64,000 bases of DNA from the NCBI GenBank assembly GCA_963663385.2, contig CAXXXD010000002.1, positions 768,001-832,000 on the forward strand, given 5' to 3'. Each line of letters begins with the position of its first letter. The stretch's first letter is position 1. This stretch comes from Oceanispirochaeta sp. (lineage in GTDB: Bacteria; Spirochaetota; Spirochaetia; DSM-2461). The notes below the pieces were generated by a model, which worked only from the letters and a program-made list of their open reading frames with translations, did no database searches and was not told where the DNA came from. Made by a program: the position numbers and the translations under genes. Shown piece after piece: positions 10,370 to 19,859 of the stretch.

Positions 10370-11245
10370 ATGAGTGAAACTACAGGGGTCATAGAGCTGG
10401 ATGAATCCCCTATAAAAGAGCATTGGCATCAGCTGAAGCGGAATAAAACCGCCATAGCCGGTCTTATCGTTATAATCCTGTTTATCCTGATCGGGGTTCT
10501 GGCACCCGTGCTGGCCCCTATGGATCCGCTGGAACAGAATATCGAACTGCGGAAATCCGCTCCCTTCAGCAATGGATTTATATTGGGAACGGATGATCTG
10601 GGACGGGATATGCTTTCCCGCCTGATCTATGGCGCCCGGATATCCATGATCATCGGGGTTATTTCCGTAAGTATCTCCCTTTTCTTCGGAATGGCAATCG
10701 GCATGATCTCTGCCTTTTACGGCGGAATTGTGGATAAGATCATCATGCGCTTTATAGACATCATGCTGGCTTTCCCCTATATCCTTTTGACCATCGTTAT
10801 CGTAGCCGTATTGGGGCCGTCCCTGGTAAACGGCATGATCGCCATCGGTATTTCCCAGATCCCCCGGTACGCCCGGGTTATGCGGGCTTCCGTTCTGTCC
10901 GAGAAGGAGAACGACTATGTCCTGGCGGAAAGAGCCCTGGGCGCTTCTGATATGGAACTGATGTTCCGTTCCATCCTGCCCAACTGTCTGGCTCCCATCT
11001 CCGTACAGGCGACACTGGGTGTGGGAACAGCCATACTCGATTCGGCGGCCCTCTCTTTTCTGGGACTGGGCGCCCAGCCTCCCACTCCCGAGTGGGGACT
11101 GATGATTGCCAGTTCCAAAGAGTTTGTCACAAGCGCCTGGTGGATAGTCACCTTTCCGGGTATTGCCACCCTGCTGGCTGTGCTGGGATTCAACCTTCTG
11201 GGGGATGGTCTCCGTGACATTCTGGATCCCCGGCTCCGAGATTAA
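10370..11245 (+). CDS. dppC: Peptide ABC transporter permease
   Basis: LGTDDLGRD, LSFLGLGAQPPTPEWG, GDGLRDILDP. Confidence 0.9.
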   Translation: MSETTGVIELDESPIKEHWHQLKRNKTAIAGLIVIILFILIGVLAPVLAPMDPLEQNIELRKSAPFSNGFILGTDDLGRDMLSRLIYGARISMIIGVISVSISLFFGMAIGMISAFYGGIVDKIIMRFIDIMLAFPYILLTIVIVAVLGPSLVNGMIAIGISQIPRYARVMRASVLSEKENDYVLAERALGASDMELMFRSILPNCLAPISVQATLGVGTAILDSAALSFLGLGAQPPTPEWGLMIASSKEFVTSAWWIVTFPGIATLLAVLGFNLLGDGLRDILDPRLRD

Positions 11246-11258
11246 GGAAAGGACTGAT

Positions 11259-12263
11259 ATGAGCGATAACAGATTACTTGCAATGGAAAATGTCAATGTC
11301 CACTTTCATACGAGACGGGGCATAGTGAGAGCTGTAAGGGATCTCTCCCTTCATATAGACAAGGGGGAAACCCTGGCACTGGTAGGAGAGTCGGGCTGCG
11401 GAAAATCCGTAACCGCCCATACCATAAACCAGCTTATCCCCATGCCGCCCGGAGTCATTGAGAGCGGTTCTGTCGTATTTAACGGGAAGGACCTGCTGAA
11501 ACTGCCGGCCAGAGATATTCAGGCCCTCCGGGGAACCCAGATCTCCATGATCTTCCAGGAGCCCATGACCAGCCTGAACCCTGTTTTTAAAATAGGCGAT
11601 CAGCTGGCGGACGTATTTATGTCTCATCAGAAGATGAAGAAAAAGGAAGCCCATGCCAGAGCGGTTGAACTGCTGGAAATGGTAAAAATCCCGTCTCCCG
11701 GGAAACGGGCCGATGACTATCCCCATCAGCTTTCGGGAGGGATGCGTCAGAGGGTTATGATTGCCATGGCTCTGGCCTCCCCCGAACCGGGACTGATGAT
11801 TGCCGATGAGCCGACAACCGCCCTCGATGTAACCATCCAGGCTCAGATCCTGGATCTTCTGACTGATCTGAAAGACAAGGTCAATATGGCTCTCCTGCTG
11901 ATTACGCACGATATGGGTGTTGTGGCGGAAACCGCAGACCGGGTTGTGGTTATGTATGCCGGCCGGAAGGTTGAGGAAGGAACGGTTTATCAGATCTTCG
12001 ATAACCCCTCCCATCCCTATACACTGGGACTGCTCAACTCCCTGCCGTCCAATGAGAAATACCGGAATGCCACCCGTCTTGAAGCTATCCCCGGAACGGT
12101 TCCCGATCTCCTGACTCTGGGAGAGGGCTGCCCCTTTGCCAACCGCTGCAAGTGGGCCGGTGAAGCCTGCGGGGAATCATTTCCCGGAGAGACCGTTCTG
12201 GAAAAGGGGCACACTATCTGGTGTCATTACGCCGACAGAGTCAAAAACGGGGAAGGGGAGTAA
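11259..12263 (+). CDS. dppD: Peptide ABC transporter ATP-binding protein
   Basis: GESGCGKS, LSGGMRQR, IADEPTTALD, C-terminal Cys motif; start at MSDNRLL after AAGGA. Confidence 0.9.
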   Translation: MSDNRLLAMENVNVHFHTRRGIVRAVRDLSLHIDKGETLALVGESGCGKSVTAHTINQLIPMPPGVIESGSVVFNGKDLLKLPARDIQALRGTQISMIFQEPMTSLNPVFKIGDQLADVFMSHQKMKKKEAHARAVELLEMVKIPSPGKRADDYPHQLSGGMRQRVMIAMALASPEPGLMIADEPTTALDVTIQAQILDLLTDLKDKVNMALLLITHDMGVVAETADRVVVMYAGRKVEEGTVYQIFDNPSHPYTLGLLNSLPSNEKYRNATRLEAIPGTVPDLLTLGEGCPFANRCKWAGEACGESFPGETVLEKGHTIWCHYADRVKNGEGE

Positions 12264-12264
12264 C

Positions 12265-13233
12265 ATGGAAAATTTAATGGAGGTGAAAGACCTCAAAAAA
12301 TACTACACCATCTCTTCCAGTGATATGAAAAGCGGAAAAGCTGTTCTGAAAGCTGTGGATGGCGTTTCTTTTGATCTGAAAAAAGGGGAGATCCTCGGTA
12401 TCGTAGGGGAATCGGGCTGCGGAAAATCCACCCTGGGAAAGACCGTGCTGCGTCTTCATGATAAAACCGATGGAAAGGTGCTGTACAATGGAGAGGATCT
12501 TTTTGAAATGAACCGCAGGGATATAACAGCTCTGCGGAGACGGATGCAGATGGTTTTCCAGGATCCCTTTTCCTCCCTGAATCCACGAAAGAAAATCGCC
12601 TCTCTTATAGGACAGCCTCTCAGAATCCATAATCACGGAACCCCGCAGGAAATCGCGGAGAAAGTAAACACCATAATGGAAGAGGTCGGGATCAATCCGC
12701 ATTATAAAAAGCGTTTCCCTCATCAGTTTTCCGGCGGACAGAGGCAGCGGATCGGGATTGCCCGCGCCCTGGCTCTTAATCCCGAGCTGGTTGTCTGCGA
12801 CGAGGCTGTTTCGGCTCTGGATGTTTCGGTCCAGGCCCAGATACTGAATCTGCTGCTGGACCTGCGTGAGAAGCATGATCTGACCTATATGTTTATAGCC
12901 CATGATCTGGCGGTCGTTGAATTTATCTCTACCCGTATTATTGTTATGTATCTGGGGAAGGTTGTTGAAGTAGCCTCAAAGGATGACCTGATGAAAAACC
13001 GCCTGCACCCCTATACGCAGGCTCTGTTTGCCGCTTTTCCCATGACCGATCCCTACAGGCGGGATAAAAAGGAAAAAATCGTAATGGGGGATGTCCCCAG
13101 TCCGGTAAATCCGCCGAAGGGCTGTCATTTCCATCCGCGCTGTCCCCATGCCAAAGATATCTGCCGGCAGGAGTATCCGCCTCTGAAGGACATGGGAGCC
13201 GGGCATTCTGTGGCCTGCTGGCTTCATCAGTAA
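12265..13233 (+). CDS. dppF: Peptide ABC transporter ATP-binding protein
   Basis: GESGCGKS, FSGGQRQR, CDEAVSALD, GCHFHPRC. Confidence 0.9.
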   Translation: MENLMEVKDLKKYYTISSSDMKSGKAVLKAVDGVSFDLKKGEILGIVGESGCGKSTLGKTVLRLHDKTDGKVLYNGEDLFEMNRRDITALRRRMQMVFQDPFSSLNPRKKIASLIGQPLRIHNHGTPQEIAEKVNTIMEEVGINPHYKKRFPHQFSGGQRQRIGIARALALNPELVVCDEAVSALDVSVQAQILNLLLDLREKHDLTYMFIAHDLAVVEFISTRIIVMYLGKVVEVASKDDLMKNRLHPYTQALFAAFPMTDPYRRDKKEKIVMGDVPSPVNPPKGCHFHPRCPHAKDICRQEYPPLKDMGAGHSVACWLHQ

Positions 13234-13305
13234 AACCTCCCCCGCCCCCTCGCTCCCCCCCCCCCCCCCGACCCCTCGACTCCGCTCGGGGATCAGGGGG
13301 GATTT
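13234..13305. repeat. REP-like element with C15 tract
   Basis: C15 at 13255-13269; CTCGACTCCGCTCG at 13275-13288, identical to the copy at 2049. Confidence 0.7.
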
Positions 13306-13355
13306 TTGCAGCCGCCCCTTTCAATTTATGAAACTCTGTTACTATAATTAAGTTG

Positions 13356-16037
13356 ATGTCGAAATATCAGTTCAGAAAAAACAAAGTTTTATTTATTGTA
13401 TTCTTCGGGGTGTTATTACCTTTCTTTTTATATGCGGATAATACCATGCCCCGGATTTTACTGTTATTCTCCTATCACTCCGGCCATGAATGGGAAGACA
13501 GTATCTATAATACTCTTGTCTCCGATCTGAAACAGCAGGTTCCCGGCAGCGAGCTCTTTCTGGAATATATGGATACAAAGAGATATAATCCGGAATCCCG
13601 AATCCCTGTTGTAAAGGGTCACCTCTCATCCTATCCCGCAGACTGGTTCTCCCTGATTATTGCAGTAGATGATAATGCCCTTCAGTTCCTGATCGACCAT
13701 GGGCAATCTCTCTATCCCGACACACCTGTTGTATTTTGCGGAATCAACGGCTACGAAGGGATGAAATCCCGCCTCCCCGCAGAGACCAGCGGTGTCGTGA
13801 GCCGGGTAAACCTGGAGGATACTCTTCTTCTGGCAAAGGGATTTATCCCGGATTTAAAAAGGATCTATGTTATAACTGACGCGACTCCTACGGGAGAGGG
13901 GAACCGTCAGATGGTTTTTAATCAGATAGGCGCCCTGCCGGATTCCCTGTCAGAGCTGGAGTTCCGGTTCCTTTCCGGCAGTGAATACAGCACGGATGAA
14001 ATGCTGACATGGACATCGGGATTGGAAAAGAATTCCATTATCCTGATGACCAGCTGGTATCAGGACAAAAACGGTTTATATATTGCCGAGAAGAAGCTGA
14101 TTGAAGAGCTCAACCGTTATTCTGCTGTCCCCGTTTTTAATATGCTTCATATCAGGCCGGGGCTTCTGGGCGGGAAAGTGACAACCGGTACAGTTCAGGC
14201 TGAGATAGCTTCCCGAATAGCCGCAGAAGTCCTTTCCGGCACTCCCGCATCGGAAATCCCGGTTGTTCTGGAAGATACCACAATTTACACGGTTGATTAT
14301 AAGCGCTTGCGGCACTGGGGATTCCGGATGAAAATGGTACCGGAGAATTCTCTGCTGTTAAATCCCTCTGTATTTTATGAGTATCGCGGAATGATCGGTT
14401 TTACTGTTCTGATCATGCTGATTCTCGTTCTCCTTTCGGGGGCATTGGGCTTTGCCATTATTAAACTGAAGAATGCCGGATCTCAACTGATTCAACAGAA
14501 AAACGAGTTATATATTACCCTGAAGTCCATTGGCGACGGTGTTATCTCTACGGATACGGACGCCCGTATTCTCTTTATGAACGGAGTGGCTGAAAAACTG
14601 ACCGGATGGACATGGAAAGAAGCGATCGGGCGGAAACTGGAAGATATTTTTATTATCCATAATGTCATAAGCGGGGAAACTGTAGACAATCCCGTTCAAA
14701 AGGTGCTGGAAAGCAGAAAAATTGTCGAACTGGCCAATCATACAGTACTAACGAGCCGCCAGGGGGAACAGTATCATATTGCAGACAGTGCGGCCCCCAT
14801 CCAGGGTTCCGACAATACAGAGCTGTTCGGTGTTGTCCTTGTGTTCAGGGATGTAACGGAACAGTATCAAACCAGAGAGGAATTGAAACAGAACCGGGAG
14901 CAGCTTAGACAGGCTGCCCGGATGGAGGCTGTCGGAAAGCTGGCCGGAGGAATCTCTCATGAGTTTAATAATCTGCTTCAGATTATCCTGGGGTATTCCC
15001 AGATCCTGAAAGAAGGAGAGAGTTCCAGGTTCGCCTGCGATATTGCAGACACTATCTATAAGACTTCATTAAGTGCCAGAGAACTTACCAGGCAGCTGCT
15101 CCTGTTCAGCCGGAAAGAGGGGGTAGAGAAGAAAGTCCTTTCTGTTTCCCATCTTATGAGGGATCTTCTACCGATGCTGGAACGTCTGCTGGAAGAGAAT
15201 ATTACACTGGAATCTGATATCTCTCTGGATGATGACTGGATATACGCGGATGCCAGGCAGCTGGAACAGGTTCTGATTAATCTGAGTGTGAATGCCAGAG
15301 ATGCCATGTCGAAAGGTGGAGTCCTGAGAATCACCACAGAGAACCGGATCCTTCCGGATAAAATCGAGGGGTTGGAGGGATCTATACCCAGGGGCCATTA
15401 TATTGTCATATCTGTCAGCGATACGGGTGATGGTATTGATCCGGAAATACTGCCCGAAATATTCGATCCGTTTTTTACTACAAAAGAGAAGGTGAAGGGA
15501 ACCGGTCTGGGACTATCCATTGTATACGGAATCATCAAACAGCATGAGGGTTATCTAAGTATTCATACAGAACCCTCCAGAGGAACCTGTTTCAATATCT
15601 ATCTTCCCAGTGTTAACCGTAATGTTGTTAAAAACGGGAATACCCGGGCTGCCGAGATCGAGAGAAACGGCCAGGGAATGATATGTATTGCGGAAGATGA
15701 TCCTCTTGTCAGAGAATTGACAGAGACAATGGTTCATGATTTGGGTTATGCCTCCCGCAGTTTTCCTGACGGCAGAGAACTTTTGAACTTTCTGATGAAT
15801 GAACCCGACAGGGCAATCGATCTTATTCTTATGGATGTTGTTATGCCTGTTATGGGTGGAGTGGAAGCCTGTCATCAGATCCGGAAGGCCGGTTTTAATA
15901 CTCCTGTCTTGTTTTCAAGCGGCTATACCCGGGAGAAACTGGCAGATCTGGGGTCCCTGGATAATATCAGATTAATGCATAAGCCTTTTACCCTGAAAGA
16001 GCTGAACGCCAATCTGAAGGAACTCCTCTCTTCATGA
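13356..16037 (+). CDS. Hybrid sensor histidine kinase (periplasmic ABC-SBP-like sensor, PAS, HisKA, HATPase, REC)
   Basis: SIGDGVISTD PAS start, GGISHEFNNLL, FDPFFTTK, GTGLGLS, C-terminal REC DLILMDVVMP; TATAAT at 13343. Confidence 0.9.
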   Translation: MSKYQFRKNKVLFIVFFGVLLPFFLYADNTMPRILLLFSYHSGHEWEDSIYNTLVSDLKQQVPGSELFLEYMDTKRYNPESRIPVVKGHLSSYPADWFSLIIAVDDNALQFLIDHGQSLYPDTPVVFCGINGYEGMKSRLPAETSGVVSRVNLEDTLLLAKGFIPDLKRIYVITDATPTGEGNRQMVFNQIGALPDSLSELEFRFLSGSEYSTDEMLTWTSGLEKNSIILMTSWYQDKNGLYIAEKKLIEELNRYSAVPVFNMLHIRPGLLGGKVTTGTVQAEIASRIAAEVLSGTPASEIPVVLEDTTIYTVDYKRLRHWGFRMKMVPENSLLLNPSVFYEYRGMIGFTVLIMLILVLLSGALGFAIIKLKNAGSQLIQQKNELYITLKSIGDGVISTDTDARILFMNGVAEKLTGWTWKEAIGRKLEDIFIIHNVISGETVDNPVQKVLESRKIVELANHTVLTSRQGEQYHIADSAAPIQGSDNTELFGVVLVFRDVTEQYQTREELKQNREQLRQAARMEAVGKLAGGISHEFNNLLQIILGYSQILKEGESSRFACDIADTIYKTSLSARELTRQLLLFSRKEGVEKKVLSVSHLMRDLLPMLERLLEENITLESDISLDDDWIYADARQLEQVLINLSVNARDAMSKGGVLRITTENRILPDKIEGLEGSIPRGHYIVISVSDTGDGIDPEILPEIFDPFFTTKEKVKGTGLGLSIVYGIIKQHEGYLSIHTEPSRGTCFNIYLPSVNRNVVKNGNTRAAEIERNGQGMICIAEDDPLVRELTETMVHDLGYASRSFPDGRELLNFLMNEPDRAIDLILMDVVMPVMGGVEACHQIRKAGFNTPVLFSSGYTREKLADLGSLDNIRLMHKPFTLKELNANLKELLSS

Positions 16038-16116
16038 AATCTTTACAATGAACGGCTTCCCTTCTTGTCACAGATGGGCCGAATTATTAGAATGAGGTCG
16101 ATTTTACGGAGGTTAT

Positions 16117-16254
16117 ATGGCTAAAAGGAATCCGGACTGTCCCTGTACCAATACATCGTGTCCCAGGCACGGCGACTGCGCTGCCTGCAAAGACTATCAT
16201 CACTCCATCGGCGGCCAGACCAGCTGCGAAAAGTTAAAGAGTAAAAATGGATAA
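16117..16254 (+). CDS. 45-aa Cys/His-rich small protein (putative metal-binding); not in ORF track
   Basis: GGAGG RBS; MAKRNPDCPCTNTSCPRHGDCAACKDYHHSIGGQTSCEKLKSKNG; overlaps the rlmB start by 8 nt. Confidence 0.7.
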   Translation: MAKRNPDCPCTNTSCPRHGDCAACKDYHHSIGGQTSCEKLKSKNG

Positions 16255-16999
16255 TTATATAACTTCCATTCATGGGATCGAAGAATCCCTGAAAAGGAAC
16301 CCCAAAGGGGCTGTGCTCTATATCTCCAAATCCAATAAAAGGATTGATCAGCTTGAGCAGACCGCCCTTAAAAAGGGGATTGCCGTTCATAAAGTGGAAA
16401 CTCCCGAAATGAACCGCCTGTGCGGGAAAGGGGAGAATAAAGGGGCGGCCCTGAAGGTCGGGATGAAACAGAGTGTTTCCGAAGTGCGCTATAAGGATAT
16501 TAAAAACTTCATACGGAATAATGAGGACCGGGACCAGCTCCTTGTTCTTATACTGGACGGGATTACGGATCCCCATAACTTCGGCGCCATTCTCCGCTCT
16601 GCCGATCAGTTCGGGGTTGATCTTGTGGTTACTCCCGAAAAACGGAGCGTCAGTATCAATGCAACGGTTGCCAAAGTCTCTGTGGGAGCCCACGCCTGGG
16701 TCCCCACCCTGCAGGTTACCAATATAGGGCGTACCATCGAAGAGCTTCAGAAACAGGGTTTCTGGATATACGGCGCCGATATGGGCGGCGGTACAGCAGC
16801 CGAAACGGATCTTAAGGGCCGTACGGTTATCGTTATGGGAAGCGAAGGGGAGGGAATCTCCCGTCTTATCCGTGAAAAATGTGATACCATGGTAAGCATC
16901 CCCATGAACGGACATGTGGACTCCCTCAATGTTTCAGTTGCCGCGGGAATCCTTATGTATGAGGTCGTTCGTCAGAGAGGCGTTCATAATTCAGCTTAA
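16247..16999 (+). CDS. rlmB: 23S rRNA (Gm2251) 2'-O-methyltransferase
   Basis: SPOUT motifs LDGITDPHNFGAILRS, MGSEGEG, IPMNGHVDSLNVSVA. Confidence 0.92.
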   Translation: MDNYITSIHGIEESLKRNPKGAVLYISKSNKRIDQLEQTALKKGIAVHKVETPEMNRLCGKGENKGAALKVGMKQSVSEVRYKDIKNFIRNNEDRDQLLVLILDGITDPHNFGAILRSADQFGVDLVVTPEKRSVSINATVAKVSVGAHAWVPTLQVTNIGRTIEELQKQGFWIYGADMGGGTAAETDLKGRTVIVMGSEGEGISRLIREKCDTMVSIPMNGHVDSLNVSVAAGILMYEVVRQRGVHNSA

Positions 17000-17926
17000 C
17001 TGTTCGATCAGATAGAGTCCGATCATGGTCGTAACGGCGGATGCCGCCGTGGTAAACATAACAATCAGGGCGGCCAGTTCCCCGTCGTTTTCCATGGATT
17101 CAGCCATCACATGGCTGGTCACGGCTGTGGGGGCTCCCAATATGAGAAATGTCATTCCCAGATCGTCTCCCCGGTATCCCAGTTTGTAAAAGACCGTTAC
17201 CCCTGCCAAAGGGAGGATCAGGAGTTTTATAAACGAAGCGCTCAGGGCCAGGGTGCCTTTATGCATCATTCCATGATAGGTCAGGGTCCCCCCGATGGTA
17301 ATAAGGGCCAGGGGGAGAGCCAGATCGGAAAGGTACCCCAGAAAACGTTTAATCGTCATGGGAACAGGTATTTCGAACAGGGAAAAGATCAGAGCTGTTG
17401 CCACCGATAGGATGATGGGGTTTTTCACTATGTTGGCAAGGGAGTGACTCAGTCCTTTCATGGTCAGGCCATGGAGGGGAACCGTCAGGGCTATAACGGA
17501 AAAAACATTGAAAATGGGAAGCAGAAACGCCAGGATCATGGCTCCCCGGGCCATCATCTCTTCTCCATACAGGTTGAGAATCAGGGCAATCCCGATAATG
17601 GCTACATTCCCGCGGAAAGCTCCCTGTACAAAGGGCCCCTTCTGTTTACTGTCTTTTATCTTCAGACTGAGAAGGACGCTGAACAGAAGGCTGCCCAGGA
17701 TAATCCCGCAAATCAGGAGGGTCTCCCGTATATTGAAAACCTGATTGAAATCCAGTGGGGATATCTTGAGAAAGACCAGCGCGGGCAGACCTATTTTAAA
17801 TACCAGTTTTGAAGCTCCGCTGAAGAAGCCTTCGCCCACGAGCTTTTTTCTCTTTATAAGCCAACCGCAGACAATCAGCAGGAATACGGGAAATACCCCT
17901 TCGAATATAAATAAGAGTGTAGACAT
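16991..17926 (-). CDS. AEC (auxin efflux carrier)-family transporter
   Basis: About 10 TM helices; FRGN..IIG, KNPII, LPLALITIG, APTA motifs; start uncertain (17926 or 17941). Confidence 0.85.
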   Translation of the reverse strand: MSTLLFIFEGVFPVFLLIVCGWLIKRKKLVGEGFFSGASKLVFKIGLPALVFLKISPLDFNQVFNIRETLLICGIILGSLLFSVLLSLKIKDSKQKGPFVQGAFRGNVAIIGIALILNLYGEEMMARGAMILAFLLPIFNVFSVIALTVPLHGLTMKGLSHSLANIVKNPIILSVATALIFSLFEIPVPMTIKRFLGYLSDLALPLALITIGGTLTYHGMMHKGTLALSASFIKLLILPLAGVTVFYKLGYRGDDLGMTFLILGAPTAVTSHVMAESMENDGELAALIVMFTTAASAVTTMIGLYLIEQLS

Positions 17927-17996
17927 GTCTATTTGTATCATCCCCGCCGCAAAAGGGTAAAGCGGAACGGGGTGAAAGGTACAATGAATCCGCATT

Positions 17997-18023
17997 AATG
18001 ACAAAAAGAAGTGTAATGTCATT
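17997..18023. promoter_or_regulatory. Palindrome AATGACA-N13-TGTCATT upstream of leuA (candidate operator)
   Basis: Perfect 7-bp arms; same core and spacing at 7323 and 33802. Confidence 0.55.
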
Positions 18024-18157
18024 TTAAAGAATGCTTTCCCTCGTTTTGCATATAGACTACACGGATAAAATTCTTTAGTATTTCATTTTATATAACCAAT
18101 TTTATTTTTTTATTGCGGTATATGCATCGCAATATGCCGCAAATCAAGGAGAGCTTC

Positions 18158-19849
18158 ATGAGTTACGATTACAGGAAGTATAAACCCTTCCCACCAGTTT
18201 CACTGCCTGACAGGACATGGCCGGACAAGGTCATTAAAACCGCACCCCAATGGTGCAGTGTTGATCTGAGAGATGGAAATCAGGCCCTACCCATTCCCAT
18301 GAATGTGGAAGAAAAACTGGAACTATTTGAGCTACTTCTAAAAATTGGTTTTAAAGAGATTGAAATCGGATTCCCCTCTGCGTCCCAGACAGAGTTTGAT
18401 TTTCTGAGAACACTTATCGATAGGAACCTGATTCCTGAGGATGTGACAATTCAGCTTCTCACACAGGCCAGAGAGCACCTTATAAGGCGTTCTTTCGAGG
18501 CCATAAAAGGCTGTAAAAATGTGATCATACATTTTTACAATTCCACTTCCACTCTGCAGAGGGATGTGGTTTTCCGGAAGAGCCGGAAAGAGATCATCGA
18601 TATTGCCGTAGAAGGGGCCAGGCTGATCAAAGAGATAGCCAGAGAACACCCGGAAACCAACCTCCGCTACGAGTACTCCCCAGAGAGTTTTACCGGAACG
18701 GAGCTGGACTTTGCCAGGGAAATCTGCGAAGCCGTGATGGATGTAATGGAACCGACCCCCGACAGCAAGCTGATCCTCAACCTTCCGGCTACAGTGGAGG
18801 GGCATACCCCCAATATTCACGCCGACCAGATCGAATGGTTCAGCAGGAATATTAAAAATCGGGACTGTGTCTCCATCAGCCTGCATGCTCATAACGACCG
18901 GGGAACCGGTGTGGCCGCAACAGAGCTGGCTGTTATGGCTGGTGCCGACAGGGTAGAGGGAACCCTCTTCGGAAACGGAGAGAGAACCGGAAACACGGAT
19001 CTAATGAATGTTGCGCTTAACCTGTATTCTCAGGGAATTGATCCTGAACTGGACTTCTCCAGGATGGACAGGATTGTGGAAATCTACAGGCGCTGTACAC
19101 GGATGGATGTCCATCCCCGTCACCCCTATGCGGGAGAGCTGGTCTACACCGCCTTTTCCGGGTCCCATCAGGATGCCATTAAAAAGGGACTTGACCGGTA
19201 CAATACGGAAAAACCTTTTCACTGGGAAATCCCCTACCTTCCTATCGATCCTTCCGACCTGAACAGAGAGTATGAAGCGATCATCAGGATCAACAGCCAG
19301 TCCGGTAAGGGGGGAGTCGCCTTCATTCTGGATTCCCAGTACGGTTACAAGCTGCCCAAGGCAATGCATCCCGAGTTCAGCAGTATAATCCAGAGGATCA
19401 CCGATGAAACCGGAAATGAGCTGAAGGGTGAGGAGGTCTATGAAGTATTCTCAAGGGAATACCTGGATGATTCGGGGCCCTATTCTCTGGTGGACTATGA
19501 GATCCATGCCAAGCTGGATTCCAAAAAGTCCGATGCGGAAAAACATGATGTGGGTATCCAATGTGCTCTCGATTATCATGGGGAAATCCTTCACCTGGAG
19601 GGACACGGAAACGGACCGATCGACGCTTTTTTCCATGCTCTTCAGGGATCAGGTGCCCCGAAAGTGGATTTCATCTCCTATGATGAGCATGCTCTGAGCG
19701 AAGGCGCCGATTCTCAGGCGGTTTGTTATATCGGAGTATCCGACTCGAAAGGCCGGCCCTTTTTTGGAGTAGGTGTAGACAGCAGCATCAATGCAGCGTC
19801 ATTAAAAGCGCTGCTCTGTGCGATAAACAGGATAGAAAAGAGAGCGTAA
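18158..19849 (+). CDS. leuA: 2-isopropylmalate synthase
   Basis: AAGGAG RBS; VDLRDGNQAL, HAHNDRG, GNGERTGN, GNGPIDAF regulatory domain. Confidence 0.95.
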   Translation: MSYDYRKYKPFPPVSLPDRTWPDKVIKTAPQWCSVDLRDGNQALPIPMNVEEKLELFELLLKIGFKEIEIGFPSASQTEFDFLRTLIDRNLIPEDVTIQLLTQAREHLIRRSFEAIKGCKNVIIHFYNSTSTLQRDVVFRKSRKEIIDIAVEGARLIKEIAREHPETNLRYEYSPESFTGTELDFAREICEAVMDVMEPTPDSKLILNLPATVEGHTPNIHADQIEWFSRNIKNRDCVSISLHAHNDRGTGVAATELAVMAGADRVEGTLFGNGERTGNTDLMNVALNLYSQGIDPELDFSRMDRIVEIYRRCTRMDVHPRHPYAGELVYTAFSGSHQDAIKKGLDRYNTEKPFHWEIPYLPIDPSDLNREYEAIIRINSQSGKGGVAFILDSQYGYKLPKAMHPEFSSIIQRITDETGNELKGEEVYEVFSREYLDDSGPYSLVDYEIHAKLDSKKSDAEKHDVGIQCALDYHGEILHLEGHGNGPIDAFFHALQGSGAPKVDFISYDEHALSEGADSQAVCYIGVSDSKGRPFFGVGVDSSINAASLKALLCAINRIEKRA

Positions 19850-19859
19850 GGAGAAAACT

